Source: Entomortierella parvispora E1425
Lineage: Eukaryota > Fungi > Mortierellomycota
Length of the DNA stretch: 64,000 nucleotides
Reading direction: 5' to 3'
NCBI GenBank assembly: GCA_020891255.1
Contig: BQFW01000008.1
Coordinates: forward strand, 3,231,401 to 3,295,400
Shown: positions 12,025-24,300 of the stretch, piece after piece
Position numbering within the stretch: the first letter of the stretch is position 1
How the letters are laid out: every line of letters starts with the position of its first letter
Position numbers and translations under genes: made by a program
Notes under the pieces: model-generated
Told to the model about the DNA's origin: nothing
Databases searched by the model: none
The model's input: only the letters and a program-made list of their open reading frames with translations

Positions 12025-13329
12025 CGAAAAATATATACGTAGCCACAGGAAGTCTGTCCGTCGCCACATCACACAAATGGTGGCTTAGCTGAAGTAATGT
12101 TTTCATTTGACCATCTCGTCTCGCTGGACACATGGCAACCCTGATGAACCACTTTGCTCATTGAACTATCGAAACTAAGGAGATCCATTCACCAACCATG
12201 GACCAACAAACATCGTCACTTCAAGCACTCCTCGACTTCTATTAACGAGGGCGCTCATGGAGTCTACAAAAAGTTTATAGGTCAGCGTGGAGGCACAATG
12301 ACTCATGCATTGACATGCTACGAGGACTATATCAACAACCAGACAAAGCAGATCGAGCTCAAAACCAGGGACGATATGACACGCGCACCTTCCTACGGGG
12401 AATCCCTTGCCTTTGCTCTGATACGCAAAAAGATTTCCTTGTTTGCTCTGAAGGAATTCCATTCCCAGGTTAAACGAACTAGAGATACAACTCTGCCTGC
12501 ATGCACCGATGTCTTCACTAGAGTAATGGGAATTCCATGTGCACATACTATCCTCCACAAGGCTAGAAGCAACGAGCCTATTACCACAAAAGACTTCGAC
12601 GACCAATGGTTACTTGATCCACTGACGATCCAAGCCGAGGCACACGCTGTACCACCGATACTCGTGAGCATTGATGGCCTCTTCGAAGAGATCACCGAAC
12701 TGTCCAAGGCCGAGCAACCATTCGCTTTTGAGAGGCTTCAAAACAAGCTAGTGGCAACCTCTGGCGCACTGCTGCCTCCTAGGGAAGAAAACACCCAGAA
12801 GAAAGGCCGTCCTAAGAAAGCAGACACCAAGAGGATCATGAGTGGGCATGAGCGAGAAGAGGCACGCCTTGCCCACCTCCGAGAAGTTAGGGACGAGGAA
12901 GAAAAGCTTCGTATACTCCAAGAAAAGAAGGAGCAGGAAAAGGAACTTTGTGCTCTCAGAGAGAAGAAGAAGCAAGCAGAGGAGCAACTTGCGCAACTTA
13001 TGGAAGCTAACGATGTCGAAGCAAACGACGAGGAGCGCTTAGTTCGTCGCAAGAGAACGGTTGACCCTGAGGCTGGCAGCCGAATGCGGGGGGTGCATGT
13101 CAAACGCTTCCGTGCAGTAGATGCATAGAGTAGTAGCTTGTCATAGATGGACAGATGGTTGGTGAATGGATCTCCTTAGTTTCGATAGTTCAATGAGCAA
13201 AGTGGTTCATCAGGGTTGCCATGTGTCCAGCGAGACGAGATGGTCAAATGAAAACATTACTTCAGCTAAGCCACCATTTGTGTGATGTGGCGACGGACAG
13301 ACTTCCTGTGGCTACGTATATATTTTTCG
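12025..13329. mobile_element. Non-autonomous, internally deleted Mutator-like (MULE) DNA transposon, ~1.3 kb
   Basis: Perfect 175-bp inverted repeats at 12025-12199 and 13155-13329. Flanking direct repeat TTTTTTGG at 12017-12024 and 13330-13337 (GTTTTTTGG if read as a 9-bp TSD). Contains a transposase 3' half. Confidence 0.9.
12154..13128 (+). pseudogene. 5'-truncated MULE transposase: C-terminal half with SWIM-like motif and K/E coiled tail, no DDE N-terminal core
   Basis: WTNKHRHFKHSSTSINEGAHGVYKK...ACTDVFTRVMGIPCAH...DFDDQW...KKGRPKK are typical fungal MULE C-terminal motifs. The frame opens inside the left TIR with only a non-ATG start. Confidence 0.8.
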
Positions 13330-13472
13330 TTTTTTGGTGAAGTGGCCGCCAACGGTCGGTTTTTGGTCGAACCGTTTGACGCCAAGTATATTTTGACTGA
13401 AGATATTTACATTAGCTGACCATCAAAAGACTAATCGACTGCGGGATGGGTTGAGGTAATGGCAAGGGGCAC

Positions 13473-14044
13473 CTATGCCTTGTAAGCGGTGACTGCAAAC
13501 AAAAAAACATATTAGAACAACAGCGTGAGAACAGAAAAGGGCTGTAGAAATCATTCAGTTTTACCTTCTCCATCCTCTTCGATATAATCGATGAATGGGT
13601 TGGTCGAGAGGGCAGTGTAGATGTGGCCAGGCATCCAGGCAGAGAAGCCTTTGAGAACAGTGTTGTATCGTTGGCCGATTTTGCCACCCAACTCCACGAT
13701 GTCTTTCTCGGCCTTTTCGATAATGTGTGCGGCCGTCGTCTCCTTGAAGACGACAATGTATGACCTTCCGGTGGCTGTTTTCGCAATGACAGTAACGAAG
13801 AGAATATAACGCAGTGTTAGCTGCCAAGAATAAAGACAGCAATGGAGTTTGGGTAACGCATGAAATGAGCAATGGTGAGCTATGTCGAGTGGTCATTACT
13901 TTGGACAGGCTTTCGTTCCTCAACCACATATTGCTGGTCATTGGCTTCATGCATCACGAAAGCATTCATGGGTTCGACTGGCAGAGCAGCAGCTGCCACG
14001 GCAACGACTGCAGCGAGAAGTGCGACGATATGGAAAAGCTTCAT
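13473..14044 (-). CDS. Secreted stand-alone peptidase inhibitor I9 (subtilisin propeptide-like), ~124 aa
   Basis: Not in the ORF track as one piece. Exons 14044-13900, 13774-13565 and 13492-13473 give MKLFHIVALLAAVVAVAAAA...SYIVVFKE...GGKIGQRYNTVLKGFSAWMP...FIDYIEEDGEVTAYKA*. Confidence 0.88.
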
Positions 14045-14142
14045 TTTTGTGCAATTGGAAATGGAGTGGGAAGAGAACCGAAAAAAAAATGTGACGAGGA
14101 TTTTTATTTCGTCTGCGCACGGACCTTGCTCAATGACGATGC

Positions 14143-17101
14143 TCACGAATCTACCGCCATCCCGTTGTCCTCCTTTTCAGAGTCACTCTCGTCAAAGACC
14201 AACCCACGAGATTGGGATTCGCTTTCCTCAGAGTCCAACGGTCCTTGAGGTTCGCTCACACCCACATTTCCAGCTCGAGCTGGCCCTTTACCGGCCAATG
14301 ATTCACCCCTTAGGACCGCCTGTTCATGTTGCTCCTTGACGAGGTTCAGAGTGACTTGACTGAGGAAAGCCGGTACACATTCTCCAAACTCATGTACGGA
14401 TCGCTCCAACGTTTCTCCATGTTTCCTTTGAAGGTTGCCACTCGTAGATCTCCAGGTCATAGCCCCATTGTGACTCTTTAGGTTAAAGACAAACGCTTGG
14501 TCCTGTTCTGGTTCATAGACGGAGACCAATTCCACCTGTCCATTGTCAAGAAAGTGCATCTTATAGCCCAAGAGTGAGTCTACAACTGTGCGAAATTCCT
14601 CCGCTTTGAGTGCCCAGGACTACACATATAAAAAAAAAAAAAAAAACAAGCAATTAGATGCTTGTCCTTGGAATATCAATCGGGAATATTTTCGAGGACA
14701 TACCTTTTGAAGTCTCTTCTCTCGTTTCGTACGATCACGCATATCTTGCACTAGCCGATCACGGTGACCTTTGATTCGGATGTAACTCGATCGAGGGATC
14801 AAGCTTTCGTCCTGCAGCGGTACCTCCGTGTCGCCATCGGCGTCCACAGTTGTGTCTGCTGCTCTGGAGGCAGATGAGGGTCGAAGGTCAGCCACCAGCT
14901 GAATCAGCTCCTCGTTTTCTTTCTCTAGTTCTTCCAGAATTTGTTGCTGTCGAGCGTTCTGCGTGGAGGAGGCATCAGCCTGTTGTGGAGTCTTCAGAGC
15001 CATAGGAGCTAGTGATCCTGCCTCAGTTGCAATTTGATACTTGCTAACAGCAGCTTCCAGAGATGCGTTTTCCTTTCTGAGATAGTCCAGGCCTTCTTCC
15101 AACTCGAGCTTGGCTATCATAACGGTCAGATATGTAAGATTTCGTTACTTCCCGCGTATTTCTCATGGTGCCATGAGGATGTATATCATTTAAACATCCA
15201 AATCAGCATCGTTACCTTGAAGGATTTTCTGCTTCTCTTCCAAGATTTGGTTAAACGAAGTGGCTCGCTGAGCTTCAATTGACCTCAAAAGATCAAGGCC
15301 ACCCGCAGAAATGTCGTCCGCTGCATGGCCACCTGCATGGCCACCTGCATGTCCGACCTTCTCCAGCTGGGCCAACAGCTCTTGAACTTGAGCTTCCAAA
15401 TGTTCGATCCGCACTTTCTTTTGGTTGTCGTATGAGCCGCCCATGAGCTGTGCTTCTTCCGTGTCATATGATTTCTAGAGGAGAGGGACAGTTGAATACG
15501 GGTTGTTGAGTAACATCTTCTGATTTTCCTGTATCCTTTGCACTAATACGTCGCGCTCGGTTACCAGCTGCTCTTTCAGACTTTCAACCTGACGGAGCGC
15601 AAGATCCTTGATGCGTTCCTGCTGGCGAGCACGAGCAGCTTGTTTCTTGCAAGCTTCATCCTTTTCCACTAAAGCTTGCTGCAAGTTATCGACATTCGTC
15701 TCGAGTAACTGGATATGTGTGGTCTGCTCCTTCAAAGTCTTTTCGAGTTCATTCTTTTCCGCAGACAAGGAGGACGCTGTAGCGCGAATAATAGCCAACG
15801 TCTTGACCAACTCGCCAGGGGAGCCAAAGCCTGTAGAGTCCTTGCTCTCCAAAAATACAGTCCTGAGAACAAAAAAAGCGAATGTTAATTATGAGCGGCT
15901 GTTACATACCTTCGCAATACTCAGGTATCCAATGACAGTTTTTACCATTGCTCCTTTTCCTTTGAAAGCATCTCATTTTCAACCTCAAGTCTCGCGCATT
16001 TAGTACGCAGCTCATCCTGCATTTTAAGTCGTTGTTCCAGGCTCGCCTTCTCCTCCTTGAGGACTTCTGCATTCCGATAGAGATCCTTGAAATGTCTGTT
16101 TTCTGCTGTCAATTGTCGGCTTGTTCCTTCCAATTGCTTAATGTAGGCGACCTGGGTCTTGAGCTCTCGCTGTACCCGAGCTACATCGTCTTGCCCGTGT
16201 ATGGAGGATCGCAACTGTCGGATCTGGTCCTCGAGATCTGCGATCTGACCTTGAGCCTCAGTTAGCTGTCGATGTTTCAACTCTGCTAAACTACTTTGTG
16301 ATGCACTGTCTCCTTGTGTCTGTGAAAGAGTTTCCTGTTGGTATGAAATTGAGGCTGTGAGAGTTCGGACTTTATGAGATAGTTCGCTTTCGGTGGCGCG
16401 ACTCCGTTCCTGAAGCTGCGAGAGTTGCTCCTTGATCCTAATGTTCTCCTCTCGCAATCCTGAAATGATATCTGTTGTCGTGGCCTACAATCAAGCAACC
16501 AAAACGTCAATAGTGCAACTAGACACATTAATCTTTCGCCTGACCAGATCCTACATCCCGCCTGTTGTTACCTTGGACTCGAGACCTTCGCTCTCCATAG
16601 TCTGCAACTTTTGCATCAACGACTTTTTTTGCTCGTACAGGAACCTCCGGTCACTTTCCAGAGAGCTGACCCTCTCGTTCAACTTTACATGGAGCATTTC
16701 TGCTTGCCTGGCTTCATGCTCCATCGTCACAATTTTTCTCTCGAGGTCCGTCCTTGTGCTGGAAAGTTCATACTCTGTGTCCCTGAGCCGCTTACGTGTG
16801 ATCTCATGTTCTGTGAATGGACGGGAGTAACTCGATTAGAAATGAACAAGCGACATTACGATTTAAGGCTGAAGTCAGTCCTGAGCATGGCAATTACCCT
16901 CTGTTTCCACTTTTGAGCGACCTCTTGCATTGTCCAGCTTTTGTCCACTTGGCTGTCCTGGATTGCTCTAATAGGAAATAGGGCCAATGTAAATGAATGA
17001 ATGAGCTGATCCTTGGGAAACATAAGTTTATCGCCATGAAGGATGGGCGATGGCTGATGGGTGATTGAGAATCGATCGAAGGACCTCACTCGTACCATCA
17101 T
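14143..17101 (-). CDS. MAD1: Mitotic spindle checkpoint protein Mad1
   Basis: Long multi-exon coiled coil. C-terminus KREKRLQKV...FRTVVDSLLGYKMHFLDNGQVELVSVY...CVPAFLSQVTLNL matches the Mad1 C-terminal domain. The start codon and first small exons are inferred. Confidence 0.88.
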
Positions 17102-17627
17102 TGCGGTTTGTTTTCTTGTGTGAGTTAAGAGGGATGGCCGAATCCTGCTTAATGTCGTTTATGACTTGGGTGTGGCGTGTCGCGAAGAAGTGGAGGCAGT
17201 GCTCGTTTCCTGTTTCTGCCGTCGTAAGACTGCCGAGGAAGTGTTGGTGGTATGAATGATGGAGAGGATGCAGTCAAGAGGGAACAACAGACAATGGTCG
17301 CGTCTCTGCGCCTCGGGCTCGCGATGGTGGCGCTTCTTAATTTCAAAGCCACCGAAAATTAGATCTTCCCGCAGGTCTGTCTGCCTCAGCGCTATTTCCA
17401 AGGCGACCTTTGTTCCCGTCTTGACAATTTGATGGAGCCCTGGATCCAGAGCGCCATCACTTGAAGGGTGTCAGACCACTAGATGTTTTCTGGCTCTTGA
17501 CCAAGAAGATTACTTTGATGCTCCTTGCTGACCTTCTTGCCCCCCACTTTTATTGAGTTTTAAATACGTCTATACGTTTACATCGGGCAATCTAAAGTCC
17601 TTCTCCCTGTGCGCCGCCTCTAGACCT

Positions 17628-20600
17628 CTACAGGGCGACAGCACTAGCTGCAGTGGTTGCCGTCTCGTCAGCTTCCTTGCTGTGGACCATTTTCTGATTT
17701 TCCAGAAGCGAGAGGAGGTTACTGGGGCCCATCACCTTGGTTGCCACCTGGCGTAGACTCAAAGGACTGACGGGCACACCTTTCGCCCCGTTTTGCTCCA
17801 ATAGACGAATGTTGGCTCGACTGAGGCCCTTCACTCCTTCAATCATAGATGCTTCAGCGTTGAGTTTTCCAAACGCAGTGGTCCACTGCAGTTCAAACTC
17901 ATACTTCCTGCCGCCGCTGTTACCGTCACTGCGTGAAACCGCTGGATTCTCTGTCGTTGCTATTTCAGTTGAAGACTGCACCTGCAATGATTCCACTTCT
18001 ACTTCTGAGTTGCTCGCTTGGTTATGGCCCTCCTGCTCAATGAGATTCCAGACACTTACATCTCCGTCCAGGTTACCAATCGAGAGAGACCATCCTTTCT
18101 GAGACTGCGAAGTTGTTAAGGCGCTCCATGCAAAGGTCTCAGCGTCGCCTCGAATGTTCTCCATCATCGTCAACTGCTGCCCAATTGTCAGATCCCAAAG
18201 GCGGATGAGACCTTTTTTGCAGCACGATATGAGTAGCTTGCTGTCAGGAGAAAAGGCTGCCCGTACGAATCCTTCGGTCTCTCCTCCCAGATCCCACAAT
18301 AACTTGCCGCACAATACGTCCCATATTTGAAAAGATCCATAATCAGACTCAGGATACTCGATATTTGTCGCCAGCAGGGTTCCATCACGCGAGAATTGCA
18401 AAACTTCTCTGCTGCCAATGTCAACTGTCTGAAGGCACGCTCCAGTGGCCGTGTCCCAGACGCGAAGAGTGCAGTCGTCCAACGAAGTGGTCGCAATCCT
18501 TGTTCCATGAAGTAAGAACGCCATCTTCTCGACATCGCTCGTGTGTCCTTGCAATACATGATTGCATTGGCCTGTCTGAACATCCCAGAGTCGGACAGTC
18601 GTATCTCTGCTGCCTGTGGCTAGAATCGCGTGTTTTCCTCCCGGAGGTGAGAAAAGAAACGTTGTCGGGGAGTGCTCATGGCCCTCCAATAGATGCTCAA
18701 GTGCGCCAGTTTGTATGTTCCAAATCAAAGCTGCACCACGGACACCAGCTGTGGCAAGCAACTTGCCATCGACTGAGATAGCTAAATCGCTCATGTAATT
18801 CCGGACGTCTGATATGAGGTCCTCATCGTCTGGGTCGTGTACGTGTCTTGCAAGCTCAAAATTACACAGGCCTGTTTCGAAGTTCCAGATCCTGGTCTTC
18901 CTATCTCGTCCTGAAGTTACGACGTGAAGGCCGTCTGGCGACGAAGCGAGTTCGGAGATTGTGTAATTTGGGTCCTGAAGCGCCTGAATTGCCTTGCCCG
19001 TCTTTTTATCCCATATCCTAACTGCGTTCATACACAAGGAGGCAATGTGCTGGCCGTCAGGAAGGTGGATGATGCGGTACACCATAGATGCATGTGGCGA
19101 CCCTTCCCCAGTTGGCACAGCTGATGCCTTAGCATCCCAAAGTCGGATTGTGAAATCATAGCTGCTGGATACAATTTGGAGCCCATCAGGAGTGAATGCC
19201 GCACGCACAACATTATGTGTATGACCGCTGTGGACAGGGCCAGGGGTTCCGATTTGAGCATCCCAGAGTCGTATTGTTTTGTCTTCACTGGAGGTAAGGA
19301 TCTGCTTGCCGTTGGGTGAGTACACGACGGTGTTTATCTGTGCTGAGTGTCCTTTCATGACAGCGCCTGCAGTGCCTGTTGTCGAGTCCCAGAGTCGGAT
19401 TTCCCCGAAGCTGTCGACAGATACAATCTGCTGGCCATTGGGAGAGTACGCAAGGTCAAAAATAGAGCCTTCGTGTCCCGTCAAGGTCATGAGACAGCTA
19501 CCGTCCTGAACATCCCAAATCTTGATCATTCGATCCAAGCTATAGGATGCAAGATGTTTATCGTCCTGAGAGAAAGCGATTCCGTTCGGGTGAGCTGAGT
19601 GGCCGCGCAGAAAATGCATATTTCCTCCAGATGAGAGACTCCAAAGAGCCACGGCGCCATCAGCATAGCAGGAAGCAATAATCCCTCCATCATGGGAGAA
19701 TTGGACCATCGGGATAGTGAGACGTTTTTCTCGATTTTTTTCTTCCTCGTCATAGTCTTTGTCCTCCTCGGGATCGTTTTCCCCATCCATACGATCATCC
19801 TCTTTTTCGTTGTCTTCCAAGTTTTTCTCAAAATCTTCTTTCTCCTGCCCTTCCTTTTCGTGAACATCTGGGCGTGTGTAAATTTGTTCCACTAATCCCG
19901 TCTTAGCATTCCAGACCCGCAAAGTTCCATCAAAGCTCGCTGACAAAATATAATGGCCGTCTGGTGAGAATTCCAATCCTGCGATGGCATCGGAGTGGCC
20001 CTCCAACGGCAAGAAGGTTCCTGTTGCAATATCCCAGAGTCTTACAACTTTGTCATCCCCTCCTGTGACAGCGGTTTTTCCGTCGGGTGAAAGTTTGAGG
20101 TGATGAGCTCTGTTGTCGAATACATCATCGAAGGGCTGTTCCAGAGTTGTACTTGTCATCCATGTTGAAGTGTTGTAGATGACAATCTTGCCGTAATCAG
20201 TGCTAGCTGCCAGGATCTTCCCATCGAGTGAAATGGCAAAAGGACCAAGGAATTCCTCATCCTTGAGTGTCGGTAATTCTCCAAATTTTGCAGCGTGCAT
20301 TTGTGCGTTTTGCAGGTTCGCTCGACGAAGCCAAGCACTTTGGAGATTTGCCTTCCTGAGGTCGGCTCCAGTCAGTAGAGCTGAGTCGAAGACGCCGAAG
20401 CTAAGATCCGCGCCTGGGACTCTAATGCCTCGAAGGTCCTGACCAGAGAAATGGTGGCCTGATCTGACAAGAATCGTGATTGCGTTTGTAGCTGCAATAC
20501 GCCACTTATCGCTGTCTTTGGATTCTTGAATGTATTCCAGAAGTTGGTTCTTGAAGGCTTCTTCAGCCTGCGAGCGTTCGACAAGGAACTGAATGACCGA

Positions 20601-23600
20601 GTTGTCCTTTACGAAACTCCGTTTGACCAAAGGGGAATCCGGGTTGGGCTCCTTTTTTGGTTTATCGGCTGCCTCAATCTCTACCATCCATCCCGATTCA
20701 AAACTGAAAGTGGAGGGTGTGCGCTTGTGTCGTTTCGCGTCAGGTTCCACCTCCTGCAGCTTGATGCCCGCCCGTTTTAATGGCTCATAGATAGCACGAC
20801 TGACTCCATATTCCAGGATCGATCTGTGGATGAAGCCAAATCGACTGCCATTGCGTGTTATTGGCATCGCCTTCTGCAAAAGTCGAATCTCGTCATCTTT
20901 TCGGCCAAAGAATTTTTCTTTCCATGTCAGTTGGTCCCGCGCCTTAGAGTAGTCGACCACGGGTGTTCCATTCTGCTCCTTGTAGATCGCGGCAGACAGA
21001 TCCTTGAGGTATACAAGACCCTGCTGAGTAAAGCCGTCGTCTGATAGACTCTCGAATGCTTCCTTCTCCTTGTCGCTTAAATCCTGCGCAGCAAGCCTCT
21101 TCTTATTCCGTTCCAGCCATTGTGCCACGAACTCGTCATAGAGCAGGACACGAGTGATTTTGTTTGCGGCAAGTTTTTGACCTGGACTGGTAAGTCGTGG
21201 TAACACCTCCAATGACAGTGTCAGTAGGAATGGGTTCTTGACGAGCTCCTGTAAACTAGGAATCTGGTCCAGAACGCCTTCATAGTCGGATGCTTCCCAA
21301 AGTGGTCTCTTGATTTGCACATACTGAGCAATGTATTCCTTGACTTGTCCCATTGAGAAGGGGATCAGAACTGCCTGCATGAGCAAACTGGGGTCCGATG
21401 GATTTGCTAAACTTGGCTGGAAAAGGTCGAGATAGTCTTGACCGACGCGCTCGCTTCGGCAACTGACAACCATTTGTACTTTCCACCCACCGTCTTGATT
21501 CCAGCCATTTGACTCATAAAGGTTCTGAGTCTGCTGACTTTCGTCATAGCCATCGCAAATGACCACAAATTCGCGGTCTTTGAGCTCCCGGATCTGCGAC
21601 TCATTAAACTCACAGAGACGTAGATGTTTCGCAATAAGATCCCTGTCAGGGCGTTCGATGGCGGGAAGACTGATAAGCAGTGGGATTCGTCCCGTTCTGG
21701 GCTTATACGCGTTCCAAAGTTTGAGGTCAAGTTCGCGGTTGAATGTCGTCTTTCCAACTCCTGAGTCTCCGAGGAGAAGCAACACCTTCTGGTCGCCTTT
21801 CAAAAACTTGTTTACCTCAGGAGTAAGTGGGTATGCTTCTTCATCCGCCGCCTGAAGATGCGCCTTGGCTAATGGAGGGACATATACGGTGCCACCCCTT
21901 TCTGTGACGCGCTGGCGAGCAATCCGACGTAGATCCGCTTCGACGTCCGTCCGTTTCAGCACACGATCGAGTAAAGACGGGGATGCTAGCTCCAAGAGAC
22001 CTGATTTTACCAGTGACTGAGTTGGGGTGATCGTAGCAGAGATCCTGTAAATATCCTGCTTAGTTGCATCCCCGTCTGTGGCTAGAACTTCGAGCAACGG
22101 AGCAGCTATCACAGTAAGGTTTGTCAGGGCTTGATTCAATGCAAAAAAAAAAAAAAAAAAAAATAGTCGTGAAATACCTTCGAGATCATTGTCCATCTTA
22201 GAAAGTTGCCTGAGGATATCGAGGATGTAGCCTTTGACAGGAAGATGTAGACCCCACGTGGTGTCACCACGATAGATCTCCTCAAGGAACTGCACTGATC
22301 CTTGACGTGTTTCAATGCCCCACAAGCGGTTTGCAGCTAGGTTGCCTAACCGTTGGCAAACGCCCCACTGGAAATAAAGCTCTCGTCGGCATGGTGCCTC
22401 ACAGATAAGAACTCTGAGCTTGGCGAGCTCCCCTCCATCGATCAACGTATCTGCTCCCCGGAGAGCAGAGTACCAGGCACGTTTGCGATTGAGCGTGAGT
22501 GCATCCTTCAAACTGGCAGTCAGGTCCTGTCCGCTCTCCACGACTGCACTAACACCCTCGTATGCGGTCTGGCCCAAAGCGAAGATTTGTTGGACTCCCT
22601 CAAACCCTTTCTGGATATCCTGTAGGCCGGATAAGAATCCATTGAGATCAAGTCCCTTGACAGCGCTGACCAAGCCTGAAATCCCTTTCACGACTGCTGT
22701 AGTCCTCCTCACTGTCGCTTGCCAGGGTGATTCGTCATCCGGAACGCAAAGCAGGGCCTGGAATGCATAGGATGAGTAATACTTGAGGTAAGGATCACTG
22801 CTCCCCTGGAGACCGCCGAGGAAGGCTAAAAGGGGACCATGGAGTTCCTCTCTTTTCAATCCTGTCACCTTGATATCGGCCATGGCATCCAAAACACTCG
22901 AGACTGCCATAGTTAACTCGAAGATTTGATCGGGCGACTGTTCATGTGTTTCCTGAAGACGGCTGCTCATTGGTGTAAGAACTTCGATTAGATCCTGTGC
23001 ATGCAAGTGACCTGGAGAGGCGCCTTGCAGCAAGCGTGCCAAACCTCGGAGCGCTCCTTTATCCAGGATTCTTGATCCATCCATGTTTTTGAGGAATTGA
23101 CCAAGCAGGAACCGAAAATCGTCCTCGCCGAGAATAGGAACAAGACAGAGAACCTCGGCGATCGCTTTCTTGTCTTTGATCTCGTCTCGAGTGAACGCCC
23201 TGATAATGTCTGTAGCCATTGTCTCCAGTCTGGCCTTTTCGTCCACATTTCGAGAAGTTTCCTTAAGCCATTTTTGCGCAACTGGGTCTAGGGCATCCTC
23301 GGGTAGTTCTTCCGTACCCTGCTTTAAGAGACTCAAGCATGAGACGAGCTGGGGTGTACTTTCTACTCGACCATCAGGCTTTGGGAATGTCCATGGTGAG
23401 GCGGGGGGACTTGTGTCTTTAGGAAAAACACTTCTAGGAACAGTCGCAAAGTCGGTAGCCCCTGCAAACTTGGACACCGAGCCTGCAGTATCCTGTTTAC
23501 TTACACGGGATCCACTATAAAAACAAGGAGGAGTTTGTTATTTGCACTAATTGTGCTTGGAAAGTCCAAGCATCATCCTCTCAAGTCGTTACCTCCATTT

Positions 23601-23906
23601 GTTTGCTCTCCTGCGACTGGCTTCTGCTTTCTCTGCGAGCTCCAGTTCCGCAACTAAATTAGCATGCTCCAAATACGCGTTCGCGATATCCTGCTGGAGC
23701 TGAAGCGTCTGGCTGTCCTCATTCTTTCTACTAGAACTTGGTCGCTTGACGAGGCTCCTCATATTACCGAGTACGGTGTCCGCGTAGTCGCACCAGATTA
23801 TTTTCATCGCATCGTCTTTTGACTCTCGAGCGTGTGTAAGATGAACTTTGGCGAGCTCCAGTGCCTTTTGCGCCGAGAGGGCGTTTTTTGGTCTAAAGTC
23901 GAACAT
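17628..23906 (-). CDS. NLR-like STAND protein: helical N-terminus, ARM-like region, NACHT, pentapeptide repeats, WD40 array (~2,050 aa)
   Basis: Exons ~23906-23593, 23516-22178, 22105-17628. Walker A LLGDSGVGKT, Walker B FVVICDGYDE, pentapeptide run FSGQDLRGIRVPGADLSFGVFDSALLTGADLRKANL, and many GH...WD repeats. Confidence 0.9.
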
Positions 23907-24300
23907 GTTTCGTTCTGCAAGGACAGAATGTCAGTTCAAAATTCCTGGATTCGACCTTGTTATCTTGGAAGCAATTGACTTACCAAAACTGCCACACGGC
24001 GGACAATTGTAAGGGGAGGTTTAAGGCCGGGAGAAAGAAAACGAGCTGAAAGACAAGCAGTTCTGTCTATTGTACCAAGAAGATAGCTTAGAATTGATGT
24101 TGGTTCGACCATCTTCGAAACGACGTGTAATCTCATGCAATCTCATGCAAGAATGAAACCATTGCTTTCGCTATTCACATCGTCCAATGAAATCGTGAAT
24201 TCAATGCTAATTTGCTAATGCCCAAATTGCTACGTACCAAAGGCTGAGAATAATGCGGAAGGGGGAATGATGATGAAAGGGGGGAGAAACGCCCGTTTTT

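Noticed and set aside
12154-13128. Possible Fanzor/TnpB-type ORF inside a TIR element
   Set aside because: No RuvC motifs or zinc-ribbon CxxC pairs; the motifs are those of a MULE transposase C-terminus.
17149-17401. ORFs upstream of MAD1 as an extended N-terminus
   Set aside because: No convincing splice path into the MAD1 frame; treated as promoter/UTR.
23984-24110. Upstream ATG exon (MVEPTSILSYLLG...) as the NLR N-terminus
   Set aside because: Splicing it to the acceptor near 23915 puts it out of frame with the NLR; more likely a 5'-UTR exon or uORF.
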